IMG/VR virus record: IMGVR_UViG_3300050821_004356
Span: 32,001 to 96,000 of that record
DNA length: 64,000 nt
DNA from: a virus
Reading direction: 5' to 3' (one strand)
Under the pieces are notes generated by a model. That model was not told the DNA's origin. It saw only the letters and a program-made list of their open reading frames with translations, and made no database searches. Numbering within the stretch: the first letter of the stretch is position 1; each line of letters begins with the position of its first letter. Of the stretch, positions 1 through 9,632 are shown one piece after another. A program made the translations under genes and the position numbers.

Positions 1-217
1 CGTAACGAGGCATCCAAGTTCCGATGACGAATCGACCGTTGTAACCAAAGGATTTTCCAGCCTTAAATTTTGTTAAGTCTTCCAACGGATCGCTGGTTTG
101 AAGACAGCCTCGGTCGTCTAACCACGGCGTTTCGTATTCGGTAAAAACGCGCAAAGGATAAGTAATCTCTACAGTTTTTCCGCTCTTTAACACTAGTACT
201 ATATTGGTATCTTCCAT
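1..217 (-). CDS. hypothetical protein, partial (runs off window start)
   Basis: ATG at 217 overlaps the TAA of the upstream ORF (TAATG coupling); open frame MEDTNIVLVLKSGK... to the window edge. Confidence 0.6.
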   Translation of the reverse strand, partial: MEDTNIVLVLKSGKTVEITYPLRVFTEYETPWLDDRGCLQTSDPLEDLTKFKAGKSFGYNGRFVIGTWMPRY

Positions 218-864
218 TAAATTTCCTCCGGTCGAAGCGCGCGAAACCAGACTTCGGGGATCGAATAATTTCCCTCTTTGCCGTTGTGGCTGTAGCAGAA
301 AGGCGACCCCTTTGGAAAATTGCTGGTGGTGAATTGCGTGATTCGCACGACAGCTTTATCTATCCGATAAGGTTCGCCGTTTACGGAATCCCATTTGGGA
401 TTATTAGTCAAAGCCATAACGAACTGTCCGACGCGAAACTTCGGCTTGGCGGGCACGGGAACGGGTCTGTCGAGACCGCTACCCCAGAAATTATTCGGGT
501 TTATGAAATGCTTTCCGAGATCGTAATAAAGGTTCTCGCCCATCCTTCGCACGAGCTCGTCGTAACGCACTTGAATATCGTCTCGTTGCAATTTTAAACC
601 GTCGATGCGGGAGCGCCAGGTCTCGGATATATCGTTCAAGCGGATTATTTCGAGTCCTAACCTATTATTTTCTGCTGCAATACTACCGTAGCTCTTCTGT
701 CCACCGCGCGCCTCGTCTTCCAGCGCCACAGCGAGGTCGTTCTTCTCTTTCAGCGCTTGCGCCAAGTGCTTCGATTGGGTTTGAGATATACCGCTGAGAC
801 GAACAATCTCATCAAGTAAGTCATTGCGAGACCAAGTGCTATCGATATGAGTTTTCATTGGCAA
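217..864 (-). CDS. hypothetical protein, coiled-coil N-terminus and SH3-like C-terminus
   Basis: 215 aa ORF in a coupled minus-strand gene run; heptad-like region and PKFRVGQFV motif. Confidence 0.7.
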   Translation of the reverse strand: MPMKTHIDSTWSRNDLLDEIVRLSGISQTQSKHLAQALKEKNDLAVALEDEARGGQKSYGSIAAENNRLGLEIIRLNDISETWRSRIDGLKLQRDDIQVRYDELVRRMGENLYYDLGKHFINPNNFWGSGLDRPVPVPAKPKFRVGQFVMALTNNPKWDSVNGEPYRIDKAVVRITQFTTSNFPKGSPFCYSHNGKEGNYSIPEVWFRALRPEEI

Positions 865-1121
865 ACCTCACACATAGACCCGCCGTATCTACATTCTGGG
901 CAGATAGGCTGTAATCCCGGAATACTATAGGGAATTGACGCTACGGGCTGTTTTTCTTTTGACGGCGTATGATGCCCATCCAAGCAATACTGGACACACT
1001 CGATTGCCACTTTGGGATATCCTCCAGCGAAGTTGCTGCTGGCGTTAGATTTGCACTGTGCGCAAATTTTGAAATGCTTCATCAGTTCGTGTGCTGCCGT
1101 ATACCAACGGTCCAAAGTCAT
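855..1121 (-). CDS. small Cys-rich hypothetical protein
   Basis: CxxC pairs; overlaps neighbour. Confidence 0.55.
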   Translation of the reverse strand: MTLDRWYTAAHELMKHFKICAQCKSNASSNFAGGYPKVAIECVQYCLDGHHTPSKEKQPVASIPYSIPGLQPICPECRYGGSMCEVCQ

Positions 1122-1216
1122 TGTATTCTCCTCACATTCCTGTCAGTGTCCAACCTAATGCCCAAACAATTATGGTACTGATAATGACGGCATCAATCAC
1201 CGCTATCGTTATCTTT

Positions 1217-1672
1217 TCATTCCTCGTCATCTTCGGTAGCTGTAGTCGCTGGCTGAAGTTCAGTATTCTCATAGGAATTCACCTTATCATCATTCTCAAG
1301 ACTTGTCAAGTGATTTTTTACAGTTTCTAAGCCGACGCAATACTCGGCCAAGGCGTTATACGCTTCATCATATGTCGAAAAAGGACCGTTCTCCAAGGCC
1401 CATGTTTCTTCGTAGAACCAAAACGTGCCGTCCGCGTGTTCATGCAGTGGATCGGGGCCGCCCTCGAAGTTACAAACCGGTTTGCTTTTGTCGCGCAACA
1501 AGTCGGCATCGGCCAAGACGCCGAGCGGCTTCACTAGCATCAATTCCATATTGGTGGATTTACCCCTGCGATAGACGACCACCTTTTCGCTGTTTAAATT
1601 TTGAGGCAGTGCTTCGCCGTCAGCTAAGATAACATGGGCTACAATGCCGCCCTGGCCTTTAGCTACTACCAT
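1217..1672 (-). CDS. hypothetical protein
   Basis: 151 aa ORF overlapping the end of the AAA gene. Confidence 0.6.
   Translation of the reverse strand: MVVAKGQGGIVAHVILADGEALPQNLNSEKVVVYRRGKSTNMELMLVKPLGVLADADLLRDKSKPVCNFEGGPDPLHEHADGTFWFYEETWALENGPFSTYDEAYNALAEYCVGLETVKNHLTSLENDDKVNSYENTELQPATTATEDDEE
1281..1309 (-). promoter_or_regulatory. sigma70-type promoter
   Basis: TTGACA-17 nt-TAAGGT with extended -10 TG on the minus strand. Confidence 0.6.
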
Positions 1673-2870
1673 TATTTTTCTCCCTCTTTTCGACCATCAA
1701 AGCCTGCTGTAAATCAGCTATCGTCATACGCTTATCAAGGTATTTCTGTGGGCAGGTGCCTTCGAAGAAGCGGCTGTACAACGTTTGTTTTTGCTTGTCG
1801 TTGGCATACGTGATACATAGTTGTAAGTCAACTCTGCCTGGGCGGATCAAAGCGGTGTCTAAACTCTCTTTGTGGTTCGTGGTCAGGATGAAGATCGCGC
1901 CGTATGGGGACAACAGACCGTCCATAACGTTCAAAAGACCGGATAACGTAACACCGTTTTTATCTTTTGATGCTTTTGTCTTTTTCGTGCGGCTATGTGA
2001 TGCGTGAACCCCGTCGACATCTTCGACAATTATGAACGAGTTCGGTTCGACAGTCTTGGATGACTCCATCAAAGATGTATCGGTCATATCCGCTAATTTC
2101 AAAATATAAATATTGGCATTGAATTTTGCCGACAACCCCGCCACCAAACTAGTTTTGCCCGTCCCCGGAGGCCCATAGAACAAAAATCCCTTGCGGTATG
2201 GTATACCCATTTCCGCATACCATTCTTTTTTGGCTTTAAACTCGACGATTTCTTGTATTACTTGATCCTTGTCTTCTTCGGGCAAAATAACAGTGTTGAT
2301 CCCACGGGGCTGAAAAGCGTGAATCTCCTGCCATTCACCCCAAGAACCCCAAGCATAAAGTTCAGGTTTCTTTTCTTCTTGCTTGACGAACTGATTAAAA
2401 ACATCGTCCATTAATTTTCGAAATATATCCTGCTTCCGGCCTAATGTCTTTAGTGTTATACTCTCCGAACGAGTAGTCATGGATATACCGCCCGCCATTT
2501 TAGCTTTCTCTTCCGAACGAAAAAATGTTGCAGACAGAACTCTCCCTCGGTAAAGCATCCAATGATGACCAGGTGCTGGAACAACTGCGTACGACCGCGC
2601 GCCTTTGTTGTATACATCCAGGTGTCGGGTACGTTTCATAATGCGTTGGTTTTCCAACCACAGTTTAGTCCAATAGTATGCTTTTTGGTCGTCGGTGACC
2701 GTTATGGTTACGGTTGTTTGATGGACTATCCAGGCCCAAATTTTAGCCGGTATAGAACGAAGCGCCGCAATAACGCTGCCAAGGGCCATTAATAAAATGC
2801 CGCCGCTCGCGAACTGATTCGGATTGTGCAAAATAGATGTGTAAACCGCGTGAAGAAGCTCTCGTATCAC
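1659..2870 (-). CDS. BCS1-like AAA+ ATPase with N-terminal membrane anchor
   Basis: N-terminal TM (NQFASGGILLMALG), BCS1_N-like segment (PAPGHHWMLYRG), Walker A GPPGTGKT, Walker B IIVEDVD, VTLSGLLNVMDG, TTNH and ALIRPGRVD. Confidence 0.85.
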   Translation of the reverse strand: MIRELLHAVYTSILHNPNQFASGGILLMALGSVIAALRSIPAKIWAWIVHQTTVTITVTDDQKAYYWTKLWLENQRIMKRTRHLDVYNKGARSYAVVPAPGHHWMLYRGRVLSATFFRSEEKAKMAGGISMTTRSESITLKTLGRKQDIFRKLMDDVFNQFVKQEEKKPELYAWGSWGEWQEIHAFQPRGINTVILPEEDKDQVIQEIVEFKAKKEWYAEMGIPYRKGFLFYGPPGTGKTSLVAGLSAKFNANIYILKLADMTDTSLMESSKTVEPNSFIIVEDVDGVHASHSRTKKTKASKDKNGVTLSGLLNVMDGLLSPYGAIFILTTNHKESLDTALIRPGRVDLQLCITYANDKQKQTLYSRFFEGTCPQKYLDKRMTIADLQQALMVEKREKNNGSS

Positions 2871-3058
2871 TTTGCCCCCACTGGAATAGGTTCTGCCAAT
2901 CTCTCAACGACATCGGCCGTGTGCCGCAATCTGTGACCGTTACTCAAAATGATATAGTACCACAAGCCGCCTTCGGTCTTCTTCGCTAAGAACACGCTAG
3001 TCGGGTCGGCCTTCATTCGCCAGCTTGTGTAGCCTTTGTCTATTCGTACCAGGCTCAT
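2867..3058 (-). CDS. hypothetical protein
   Basis: 4-nt stop/start overlaps on both sides. Confidence 0.55.
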   Translation of the reverse strand: MSLVRIDKGYTSWRMKADPTSVFLAKKTEGGLWYYIILSNGHRLRHTADVVERLAEPIPVGAK

Positions 3059-3408
3059 ACCAAATAGCTGTTCAACTTTCCGGGTCCGACTTGATCCTTC
3101 CGACGAGACTCGATCTTCGTGTTGTCTAAAACAATGGCAAGAGCCGCTGCCAACGCATTGTCGAGGCCCGCATGCGTTTTCTTTTTGATGTCGCCAAAGT
3201 CGACGCCGCCCATCACGAAACCCTTGCCCGCGTATGGCTTGTTAGCCGCGCGCTTCAGTTCTGCACGAAGCTGGCGGTGCGACATCGTTTCGACCGCTTG
3301 TGGAACCACAGCCTCTACTGCGACTTTCTTTTCGTCAGACATGATTACCAAACCTTTCTCAGGAAATGAATAGCGATGAAAGCAATTGTACCCCACGCAA
3401 TCAACCAA
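3055..3408 (-). CDS. hypothetical protein (likely start MSDEKK at 3342)
   Basis: ORF coupled to downstream gene. Confidence 0.55.
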   Translation of the reverse strand: MVDCVGYNCFHRYSFPEKGLVIMSDEKKVAVEAVVPQAVETMSHRQLRAELKRAANKPYAGKGFVMGGVDFGDIKKKTHAGLDNALAAALAIVLDNTKIESRRKDQVGPGKLNSYLV

Positions 3409-3466
3409 ATTAAAAGCATCACAACCGTTCCTACGGCACTAAATTTAATAATGTTCATGTTTCCTC

Positions 3467-3754
3467 CTAGAAATTTTCTGCTTTCGGATGCGCGACCGAC
3501 CAGGTCGAACGGTACGCTGGCCTAACTCGGTAGTTGTGAACGTCTACGCCGTTGTGTAAGCGATTTTTACCAGCGTAATTTGGTAGCTCCTGGGTCAACT
3601 GTTTCCCGTCTTCACCGAGCACCGGCTCGACGCCACTAAACTTTACGGCTTGCCGTTCAAACGGATCATCGCTTGTGCGAAGCGCTTGAAACAATCTATC
3701 ACGTTGGGCCTTGTCGGTCGATGTGTAAACTTCGTATTCGTGTTTTGGGTTCAT
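3467..3754 (-). CDS. hypothetical protein
   Basis: coupled ORF. Confidence 0.6.
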   Translation of the reverse strand: MNPKHEYEVYTSTDKAQRDRLFQALRTSDDPFERQAVKFSGVEPVLGEDGKQLTQELPNYAGKNRLHNGVDVHNYRVRPAYRSTWSVAHPKAENF

Positions 3755-3969
3755 TGGCGATCATCCTTGTGTAGCTTCAAAAACTCGATAACTTCTTGCG
3801 TGCAAGCGATATCGAAAATTATACCTGCATTTGCCATACTCCAGGTGTATTTGCGCCACGGAGCGTAGTACTGGATAAAACCGAGTAAATCGTCACTGGT
3901 TGATTTTATCAGCCAGCGCTTTGTAAGCTTGCCAGGATTGGGAGATTCTAGGAATTTCAGAAAGTTCAT
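3751..3969 (-). CDS. hypothetical protein
   Basis: coupled ORF (ATGA overlaps). Confidence 0.6.
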   Translation of the reverse strand: MNFLKFLESPNPGKLTKRWLIKSTSDDLLGFIQYYAPWRKYTWSMANAGIIFDIACTQEVIEFLKLHKDDRQ

Positions 3970-4160
3970 GCGAGCCTCAAATCCTTGATATCGTGGGTAG
4001 CCTTTTCTGCAAATCCGACTGGGCCGCCTTTGTCGAATTTAACAGCTAGGTTAGTGGAACCACGGCGGGAGTGCCATACGTCGACGACTGTGCCCAGGCC
4101 GTATTTAGGATGCTTGATTCTTTGCGAAACGCTTAGCTTTACCGGTTTATTCGTCGACAT
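3966..4160 (-). CDS. stand-alone PcrA/UvrD C-terminal Tudor-like domain protein
   Basis: VSQRIKHPKYGLGTVVDV...LAVKF matches the GdrVxHxxwGxGxVv...lxixF pattern of PcrA/UvrD C-terminal domains; GGAG RBS. Confidence 0.6.
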   Translation of the reverse strand: MSTNKPVKLSVSQRIKHPKYGLGTVVDVWHSRRGSTNLAVKFDKGGPVGFAEKATHDIKDLRLA

Positions 4161-4437
4161 TGTTTTCTCCTAATGGTACGCGTTCTGCACCTTGACATAC
4201 CCAATAAAACAACAAAGAACAAGCGAGAGGATAATCCGTATTCATGAGCCGTCCGTCTTCCGACGTTACTATAGACGTCTCCTCGCTAAATTGCACGACG
4301 TATTTACCTGGTGGCAGTTTCTGTTCGTCAGTCAGTTTCACGATAGCACCAACGTCATCAAATACGCGCCACCTAGTAACCCGAAGAACAACACGGTGCC
4401 CAACAACATGCCTAATTCTATGCTCGTCATTTGCCAA
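4147..4437 (-). CDS. hypothetical protein
   Basis: ORF in gene run. Confidence 0.45.
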   Translation of the reverse strand: MANDEHRIRHVVGHRVVLRVTRWRVFDDVGAIVKLTDEQKLPPGKYVVQFSEETSIVTSEDGRLMNTDYPLACSLLFYWVCQGAERVPLGENNVDE

Positions 4438-4479
4438 ACGGCGGGTAAATTAGTGCAGCTACAAAAGCCGTGTGTTTCC

Positions 4480-4740
4480 CTAGTCAGTTTCAAGGTCGCC
4501 GCCTTCTTCGTCGTCTTCATCGCCGTGATACTCATCGTCGTAGTAGTAGACCTCGGATGGTTCCAAGATAACTGCGCCGCAATCGTCGCAAGCCAGCCCA
4601 TGTTCTTCGAAATCAGATGCCACCGTTGATTCGAGAATTTGGTCGGATACCGGCAACTTTCGTTTGTCGCCGCAATTGACGCACACGATACCGCCATCAG
4701 TAAGATAGCCAGCAGGTGTGAAATATTCGCTCGACATCAT
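4480..4740 (-). CDS. small Zn-finger protein with acidic tail
   Basis: CVNC and CDDC pairs, acidic C-terminus, GGAGG RBS. Confidence 0.6.
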   Translation of the reverse strand: MMSSEYFTPAGYLTDGGIVCVNCGDKRKLPVSDQILESTVASDFEEHGLACDDCGAVILEPSEVYYYDDEYHGDEDDEEGGDLETD

Positions 4741-4889
4741 AATCTATCCTCCAAAGGTTTAGAATGCTTCGGTGCCTTATTGCGCTTGTCCTCGATCTTG
4801 CGCGTTGCACCCGGCTTTGCGGCCTGGTTACGGGCTGCGCGGCGGGCTTCGATTGCCTTATCGAATTGGCGCTTGTATCTCACAAAGAC

Positions 4890-4918
4890 AGCCTACCACG
4901 AGCTCAATCCGATGTCAA
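4890..4918 (-). promoter_or_regulatory. sigma70-type promoter
   Basis: TTGACA-17-TAGGCT with extended TG. Confidence 0.6.
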
Positions 4919-5009
4919 GACTTATTTTTCGGAGGGCCGATGACGTAAAGCGCGGCCACTTCGAGTAAGAGCACGACTGCTACAACCACAACCAATCGTA
5001 GTAAATCAG

Positions 5010-5300
5010 TCATAGTTTTCCTGCCTCCCTCGCCAACCTGGCGTTTTCCATACGCTTGCGATAAACCCTATCCATAATCCAATTGGTACTTTCGATAGCT
5101 GCGTCTTCCGACAGCTTATGATCAACGCGTAGATGAATAATCAGCCTTAGATGGTATCGGACTTGTAGAAGTCGATGGCAGTCTACGCACCGAGCTACTT
5201 CTTCTCCTGCGTGTCGATCTACTTCTATTACCGGGAGTGGCTTTGAAAGCCACTTCTCACACGCTCTTACCCACTCCCATTCACGAATCAAGCTCAACAT
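5010..5300 (-). CDS. hypothetical protein, C2H2-like Zn finger
   Basis: CVDC...HLRVDH. Confidence 0.55.
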   Translation of the reverse strand: MLSLIREWEWVRACEKWLSKPLPVIEVDRHAGEEVARCVDCHRLLQVRYHLRLIIHLRVDHKLSEDAAIESTNWIMDRVYRKRMENARLAREAGKL

Positions 5301-5323
5301 GTCCCTGTGTAACCTCTACCTAG

Positions 5324-5352
5324 ACCGTATCATTCTTACGTCCCTTTGTCAA
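5324..5352 (-). promoter_or_regulatory. sigma70-type promoter
   Basis: TTGACA-17-TACGGT with extended TG. Confidence 0.5.
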
Positions 5353-5872
5353 GGAAAATCTCACACCAGAGACATAAATTAGATAATTCGTAGAAATAAG
5401 TAGGCTGGCGGCATGTTGAACACGTAGTCGAAGGCGAGGTTGACGGGACGTAGGCTTTCTCAAACGGAGGCATCGGCAGCAGGTCTTCAGCGCCAATGTA
5501 ATCGAAATCTTGTCCAGGCTTTGGCGGAATACTAACTGCGATATAAGTCTGATCATGTACTTCTTTCTTCTTTCGCTTTTTCTTCTCTTTGTCTTGTTCT
5601 TCTTTGATCGGGGCGAACTTGGCTCGGACCTCTGCGTTTATACGCTCTGTTTCAGTCAAACGCAAATACGCTTGGTACGCATCTTCAGCAATCGTCAAAC
5701 CGGACGCTGGCTTGTTCTCGCGAAGCTTGTTCAAAACCGTTAGCTTGCTAGTGTACCAAATTCTGTTCAAGCCTTCGTAACGGAACCCGGCGGCTTTGAC
5801 CGCGTTGTAGTCCCCGTTAAAATCCGTTGTGAACTCTGCCTCAAAACTCCCGGCGTTGTAGCGGATATTCAC
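5336..5872 (-). CDS. hypothetical protein with KAAGFRY...WY (DUF5710/HARP-like) N-terminus and C-terminal Zn ribbon
   Basis: motif also present at the C-terminus of the exonuclease at 34335; CSTC and CLWC. Confidence 0.6.
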   Translation of the reverse strand: MNIRYNAGSFEAEFTTDFNGDYNAVKAAGFRYEGLNRIWYTSKLTVLNKLRENKPASGLTIAEDAYQAYLRLTETERINAEVRAKFAPIKEEQDKEKKKRKKKEVHDQTYIAVSIPPKPGQDFDYIGAEDLLPMPPFEKAYVPSTSPSTTCSTCRQPTYFYELSNLCLWCEIFLDKGT

Positions 5873-6135
5873 TACGTTTCTGTGTTTCTCGCCATATCAA
5901 TCAAGGCCAACTTATTCTCAAGACTGGCGTTCTCTTTACGCAGCTGATCCAATCCTTCGGACAAGACCGTCCACATCGCGCGAACCTGTTCTTTGTACTC
6001 GTTTTCATCCTTGGCGTCTTGCGTGGTTTCGTCCGACCAGTCCTCGTCTAGTTCTATTGGCTCGGCTTCACTGTCGATAAACCCTTCTACGAATCCTTGA
6101 GCGTACACAATTATCGAAATTTTATGCGAATCCAT
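5872..6135 (-). CDS. acidic hypothetical protein
   Basis: coupled ORF. Confidence 0.55.
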   Translation of the reverse strand: MDSHKISIIVYAQGFVEGFIDSEAEPIELDEDWSDETTQDAKDENEYKEQVRAMWTVLSEGLDQLRKENASLENKLALIDMARNTET

Positions 6136-6481
6136 TTGATCCCTCGTCTAAACCCATATTTCTTCTCTTTTTCTTAATTTCATCTTGCTCTCTCTTCCAA
6201 ATTTCGTGATGGTTTCTAAAATAGTTTGAGTTGGCCAAGTTTAAGTTCATAAAGGTAATAGCCGAATACAAATCATGGCAGGTGGCGCAAACGTCCCCTA
6301 TGTTGGGAGCAGCGTACGTAGTGAGTCGAAGAGACGAAATTGGCCATTTACAGTACGGATTGGCGCATTTCTTAGTGAGCAGGCGAAATAGGCCGTCCAG
6401 CATTTGGACATTTTTAAGCACAATTTCGTTCGCGCCCTCTTCCCCGATCTTCCATTCCAACTTGCGGTTGGCGAAGGGCAT
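6122..6481 (-). CDS. hypothetical Zn-binding protein
   Basis: CANPYC and CATC; TAATG coupling. Confidence 0.55.
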   Translation of the reverse strand: MPFANRKLEWKIGEEGANEIVLKNVQMLDGLFRLLTKKCANPYCKWPISSLRLTTYAAPNIGDVCATCHDLYSAITFMNLNLANSNYFRNHHEIWKREQDEIKKKRRNMGLDEGSNGFA

Positions 6482-7005
6482 TAGCTATTTATCCGGCGTA
6501 CCCAATCGACAAAATCTTCTTTCTCTTCTGGTTTGGCTACGGTAACATTGAACGCATGCGTCACAAACGACGTTTTATACGCTTGGAGTAAAGAGTTTTC
6601 TTCAGATTGGTTCACGGCGCTAAGGGTGTTAGGCCCAAAATTCCCATCGACTGTTACATCAGAAAATGTAGGGGCCAAAACCGCTTGAAGTATTCTAATG
6701 GCCGTACCCACTCCGAACAAAACGCCCAGATCGAACAATTTGTTCGCCACGATCTGAGACTCGATTTGCGAATAAAGAGTTTTCCAAAAATGTTCTTCGT
6801 AGTACGCTATAGCTTGATCGGGCGTTAAGTCCTTGATCACGACCCCGGGCAAGTCTACTGCAGTGATGCCGTATTTCGTGCCTATGAGTTCGCCTTGCCC
6901 GATAACTCCGCTAGACCAGTTCGCGTGGTCGTGGGGGCTGTCTTGATATCCGCCTTCGTGCTCGGGATCGATTGTAATGAGTACCGCCGTTCTAAAGTCA
7001 GCCAT
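6481..7005 (-). CDS. endolysin, glycoside hydrolase family 108
   Basis: HEGGYQDSPHD, TKYGIT, LFDLGVLFG, VDGNFGPNTL, C-terminal WVRRI. Confidence 0.9.
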   Translation of the reverse strand: MADFRTAVLITIDPEHEGGYQDSPHDHANWSSGVIGQGELIGTKYGITAVDLPGVVIKDLTPDQAIAYYEEHFWKTLYSQIESQIVANKLFDLGVLFGVGTAIRILQAVLAPTFSDVTVDGNFGPNTLSAVNQSEENSLLQAYKTSFVTHAFNVTVAKPEEKEDFVDWVRRINS

Positions 7006-7006
7006 T

Positions 7007-7642
7007 TTATTCTCCTAGTTCATACGTGCTAAGTTCCGCCACGCAAGTGAATTTTGTGCCTTGGAACTCAAAACTTTTGTCTACGTGATAGTGACCAAAG
7101 ACCCACTCTTCCGGAACGTGCGCGTCTAACATCACTTGCAGCGCCTCGGCTGTTCGAGACATTGTGCAATCGGCCTTTGCTGCGAAGTAATCACCGGACA
7201 AAGAGTGAAGCATAATCTTCGCGGCATTTGAAGGTGCTTCGTGAGAGACCACAAACCTGGGTTTAACCTGTTTGTAAAGGTCGATTGCCTCTTGAAGTTC
7301 CGTATAGCTGAGCTCTTCGTCGGCCCACCAGCTGACGCCCGGGGTGCGCCAGATACGGTCTATGGAGAACGCGCCAGCTAGAAAGAATAACTTGTCCTCT
7401 GGTAGGTATCCGTAATCGCCCGCGTAGCCTACCGTCGACCTGCACTTCGCCGGGTCATCGTGGTTACCACGAATCCACTTGTGATCACCATTCGTCTGAA
7501 TGTCTTTGTGGAGGCCTGGGGTGCCAGCGAATCCGATACCCATGTCACCAATTTGAAAAGTTCGCTGTCCTGCGTACTTCTGACGCAGCATCTTCTGATA
7601 CCGGTCGGTATGACCGTGAACATCCCCTATAACTGTTATCAT
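7007..7642 (-). CDS. calcineurin-like metallophosphoesterase
   Basis: GDVHG, GDMG, GNHD, SHEAP, FGHYH. Confidence 0.9.
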   Translation of the reverse strand: MITVIGDVHGHTDRYQKMLRQKYAGQRTFQIGDMGIGFAGTPGLHKDIQTNGDHKWIRGNHDDPAKCRSTVGYAGDYGYLPEDKLFFLAGAFSIDRIWRTPGVSWWADEELSYTELQEAIDLYKQVKPRFVVSHEAPSNAAKIMLHSLSGDYFAAKADCTMSRTAEALQVMLDAHVPEEWVFGHYHVDKSFEFQGTKFTCVAELSTYELGE

Positions 7643-8229
7643 TGGTTTTCCTCTATTGGGCCGCGCGCTTGATATTTATCGGGATTCGCAATAAACTTGT
7701 CGAATTCTACTGGCATAAGATTCGTGTACTCGCAAGAAAACAGACGTTGCCAGGGATTCTTGAGTCGTCTCATAAAATCAGCGCCTAGCAGTTTCTTATC
7801 GCGTTCGATGCGTTCGGGGCTAGAGAATCCGTGCCAGATGTTATGCAAATGCCCGTGGATGTTCAATTCGCATCCGTCTGCAAGCGATGTGCTCGGCTCG
7901 TGAGTCAGCCACATGCTACGGAATTTCAAGCCATCGCACGCGAAGTCAAAACCGTGCTCCATCCACCACGAGCAGCTATGTTGGCGATCATGATTGCCGC
8001 GTATCAGTATCTTACGACCCGGCCACGCTCGTATCATCCACTCCCAGTCCGCATACTTCCCTATGCCCACGTCACCTAGATGTATCAACGTGTCTTCTGC
8101 CTTCAACGTGTTCATCATGTTTCGATGTATGATCTCAGAAAAGTTTGGCGGCCGCTGGCAATACGTTTGCATCGCGGTGTGCTTTAAGTGACTATCCGAA
8201 AACAAGTAAAAGCTCATAATTTTATCCAA
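7639..8229 (-). CDS. calcineurin-like metallophosphoesterase
   Basis: SDSH, HLGDV, GNHD, THEP, HGHLH. Confidence 0.9.
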   Translation of the reverse strand: MDKIMSFYLFSDSHLKHTAMQTYCQRPPNFSEIIHRNMMNTLKAEDTLIHLGDVGIGKYADWEWMIRAWPGRKILIRGNHDRQHSCSWWMEHGFDFACDGLKFRSMWLTHEPSTSLADGCELNIHGHLHNIWHGFSSPERIERDKKLLGADFMRRLKNPWQRLFSCEYTNLMPVEFDKFIANPDKYQARGPIEENQ

Positions 8230-8338
8230 GTCACGTTATGCTTAGGCTTGTGTGGGAAAAACACGTTTAACGTGTAAACCACCGCTTCGGCCACAGTCAA
8301 AAACAAAATCGTTGATAAAAGAATACTAGCCGCCAATC

Positions 8339-8620
8339 TCACAGTTCCGCCCCCTCAGGCCAGCGACTTTTAAACGCTTGTTTTTCGTCTATACAACCTG
8401 GGCACCGATCAAAGGCCACGTCTATGGCCACGTTTAAATCATCCTGGGAAGACAGTATATGTGCGTTTACCGGGATTGTTTTTAAATGTTTCGCGCACTT
8501 TACAAAATACTCATTACCGACGGGGTTAAAAGAAGACGCTGGAACTACCCACAAGGTGCCTCTGCGGTCCACCCAATTCGAAAAAGACGAGTCGTGCCTG
8601 AGATTATAATAAGCCATCAC
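8339..8620 (-). CDS. hypothetical protein
   Basis: coupled ORF. Confidence 0.5.
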   Translation of the reverse strand: MMAYYNLRHDSSFSNWVDRRGTLWVVPASSFNPVGNEYFVKCAKHLKTIPVNAHILSSQDDLNVAIDVAFDRCPGCIDEKQAFKSRWPEGAEL

Positions 8621-8961
8621 CTTTTCCTCAAATATTTACATATGCGTTCCGTTATATAGCCAATATGGTATGCTGGTGTTTCCCCTTTCAGTTTAATACC
8701 GACAAGTTTCATCATACTTTCAACAACGTGGAACGCCTCGTGGGCCGCTGTTCCAATAGACGCATCGGGGTTTAAGAACACGAAACAAACTTTTCCACCC
8801 GCATATATCGTAATCGCATCCGCTTCGCTGTCGCTATCATCAGCCAAATCTGCGATGTCTGAATACTTCTTGATAGATTTTTCTATATCGTCCGTTATTT
8901 CTACGTGGACGGTGAAATCAGAGAATACTGGAAATTTTATGAGCTCGATTCTATTTTTCAC
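8617..8961 (-). CDS. HExxH-motif hypothetical protein (zincin-like)
   Basis: AAHEAFHVV followed by E-x-P-A-Y. Confidence 0.6.
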   Translation of the reverse strand: MKNRIELIKFPVFSDFTVHVEITDDIEKSIKKYSDIADLADDSDSEADAITIYAGGKVCFVFLNPDASIGTAAHEAFHVVESMMKLVGIKLKGETPAYHIGYITERICKYLRKR

Positions 8962-9632
8962 CTTGCACTCCCTGTATACTGGTCGTATTGAATATTCACG
9001 ATCTTCTGATAGTATTCGTACATCATTTCAGGCACGTACTTCTTTTGCAAAGCACTAGATAGATGCAACGTGACTGTATCCTTATCCATCGCCGCGCCGG
9101 GATGCCATCGGTATCCTTGATGGAACACAGGTCTGATGCCCGCTTCCTTCAAAGCGTGGGCAACGAAGACGTCCTCGGCAGCTGTTTTGATACTACCAGC
9201 TTCCGCAATGATTGTCAAGGCCTTTTTAGATAGCCAATAACCGGCCCCACCTGAGCAAAATTCGATTCGTTCAGGCTCAAATCCCGAGACGTTGACGTCT
9301 GCGTTTTCGCCTCCAAAATAGTCGTGACGCTGAAATCCACTGAAAAGGAACCTGTATGGATTCACCAATGTATCTACGTCGCATTTAAAAACACAATCAT
9401 AATCGTGTGCTAAGGCCCAACGGCAGATTGATTGGGTTTTTACGGATAAATCACCGTATCCGTCATCGACGGTAAGTTGAACCTCGTCTTCTTCTAGTGA
9501 CTGAGCTAGCGGCCAGCCAATGAAAAATTTGTGTTCTACGATAAATAAATCCTTCAACCACGTTTCATGTTGGGCTTGATGTTTATCTCGGTCGCGGTGA
9601 CAGGACTCAATGGCAATTAAGAGACGCGTCAT
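8958..9632 (-). CDS. GT31/fringe-like glycosyltransferase
   Basis: DGYGDLSVKT, FKCDVDT (DxD), FCSGGAGYWLS, AEDVFV. Confidence 0.8.
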   Translation of the reverse strand: MTRLLIAIESCHRDRDKHQAQHETWLKDLFIVEHKFFIGWPLAQSLEEDEVQLTVDDGYGDLSVKTQSICRWALAHDYDCVFKCDVDTLVNPYRFLFSGFQRHDYFGGENADVNVSGFEPERIEFCSGGAGYWLSKKALTIIAEAGSIKTAAEDVFVAHALKEAGIRPVFHQGYRWHPGAAMDKDTVTLHLSSALQKKYVPEMMYEYYQKIVNIQYDQYTGSAR

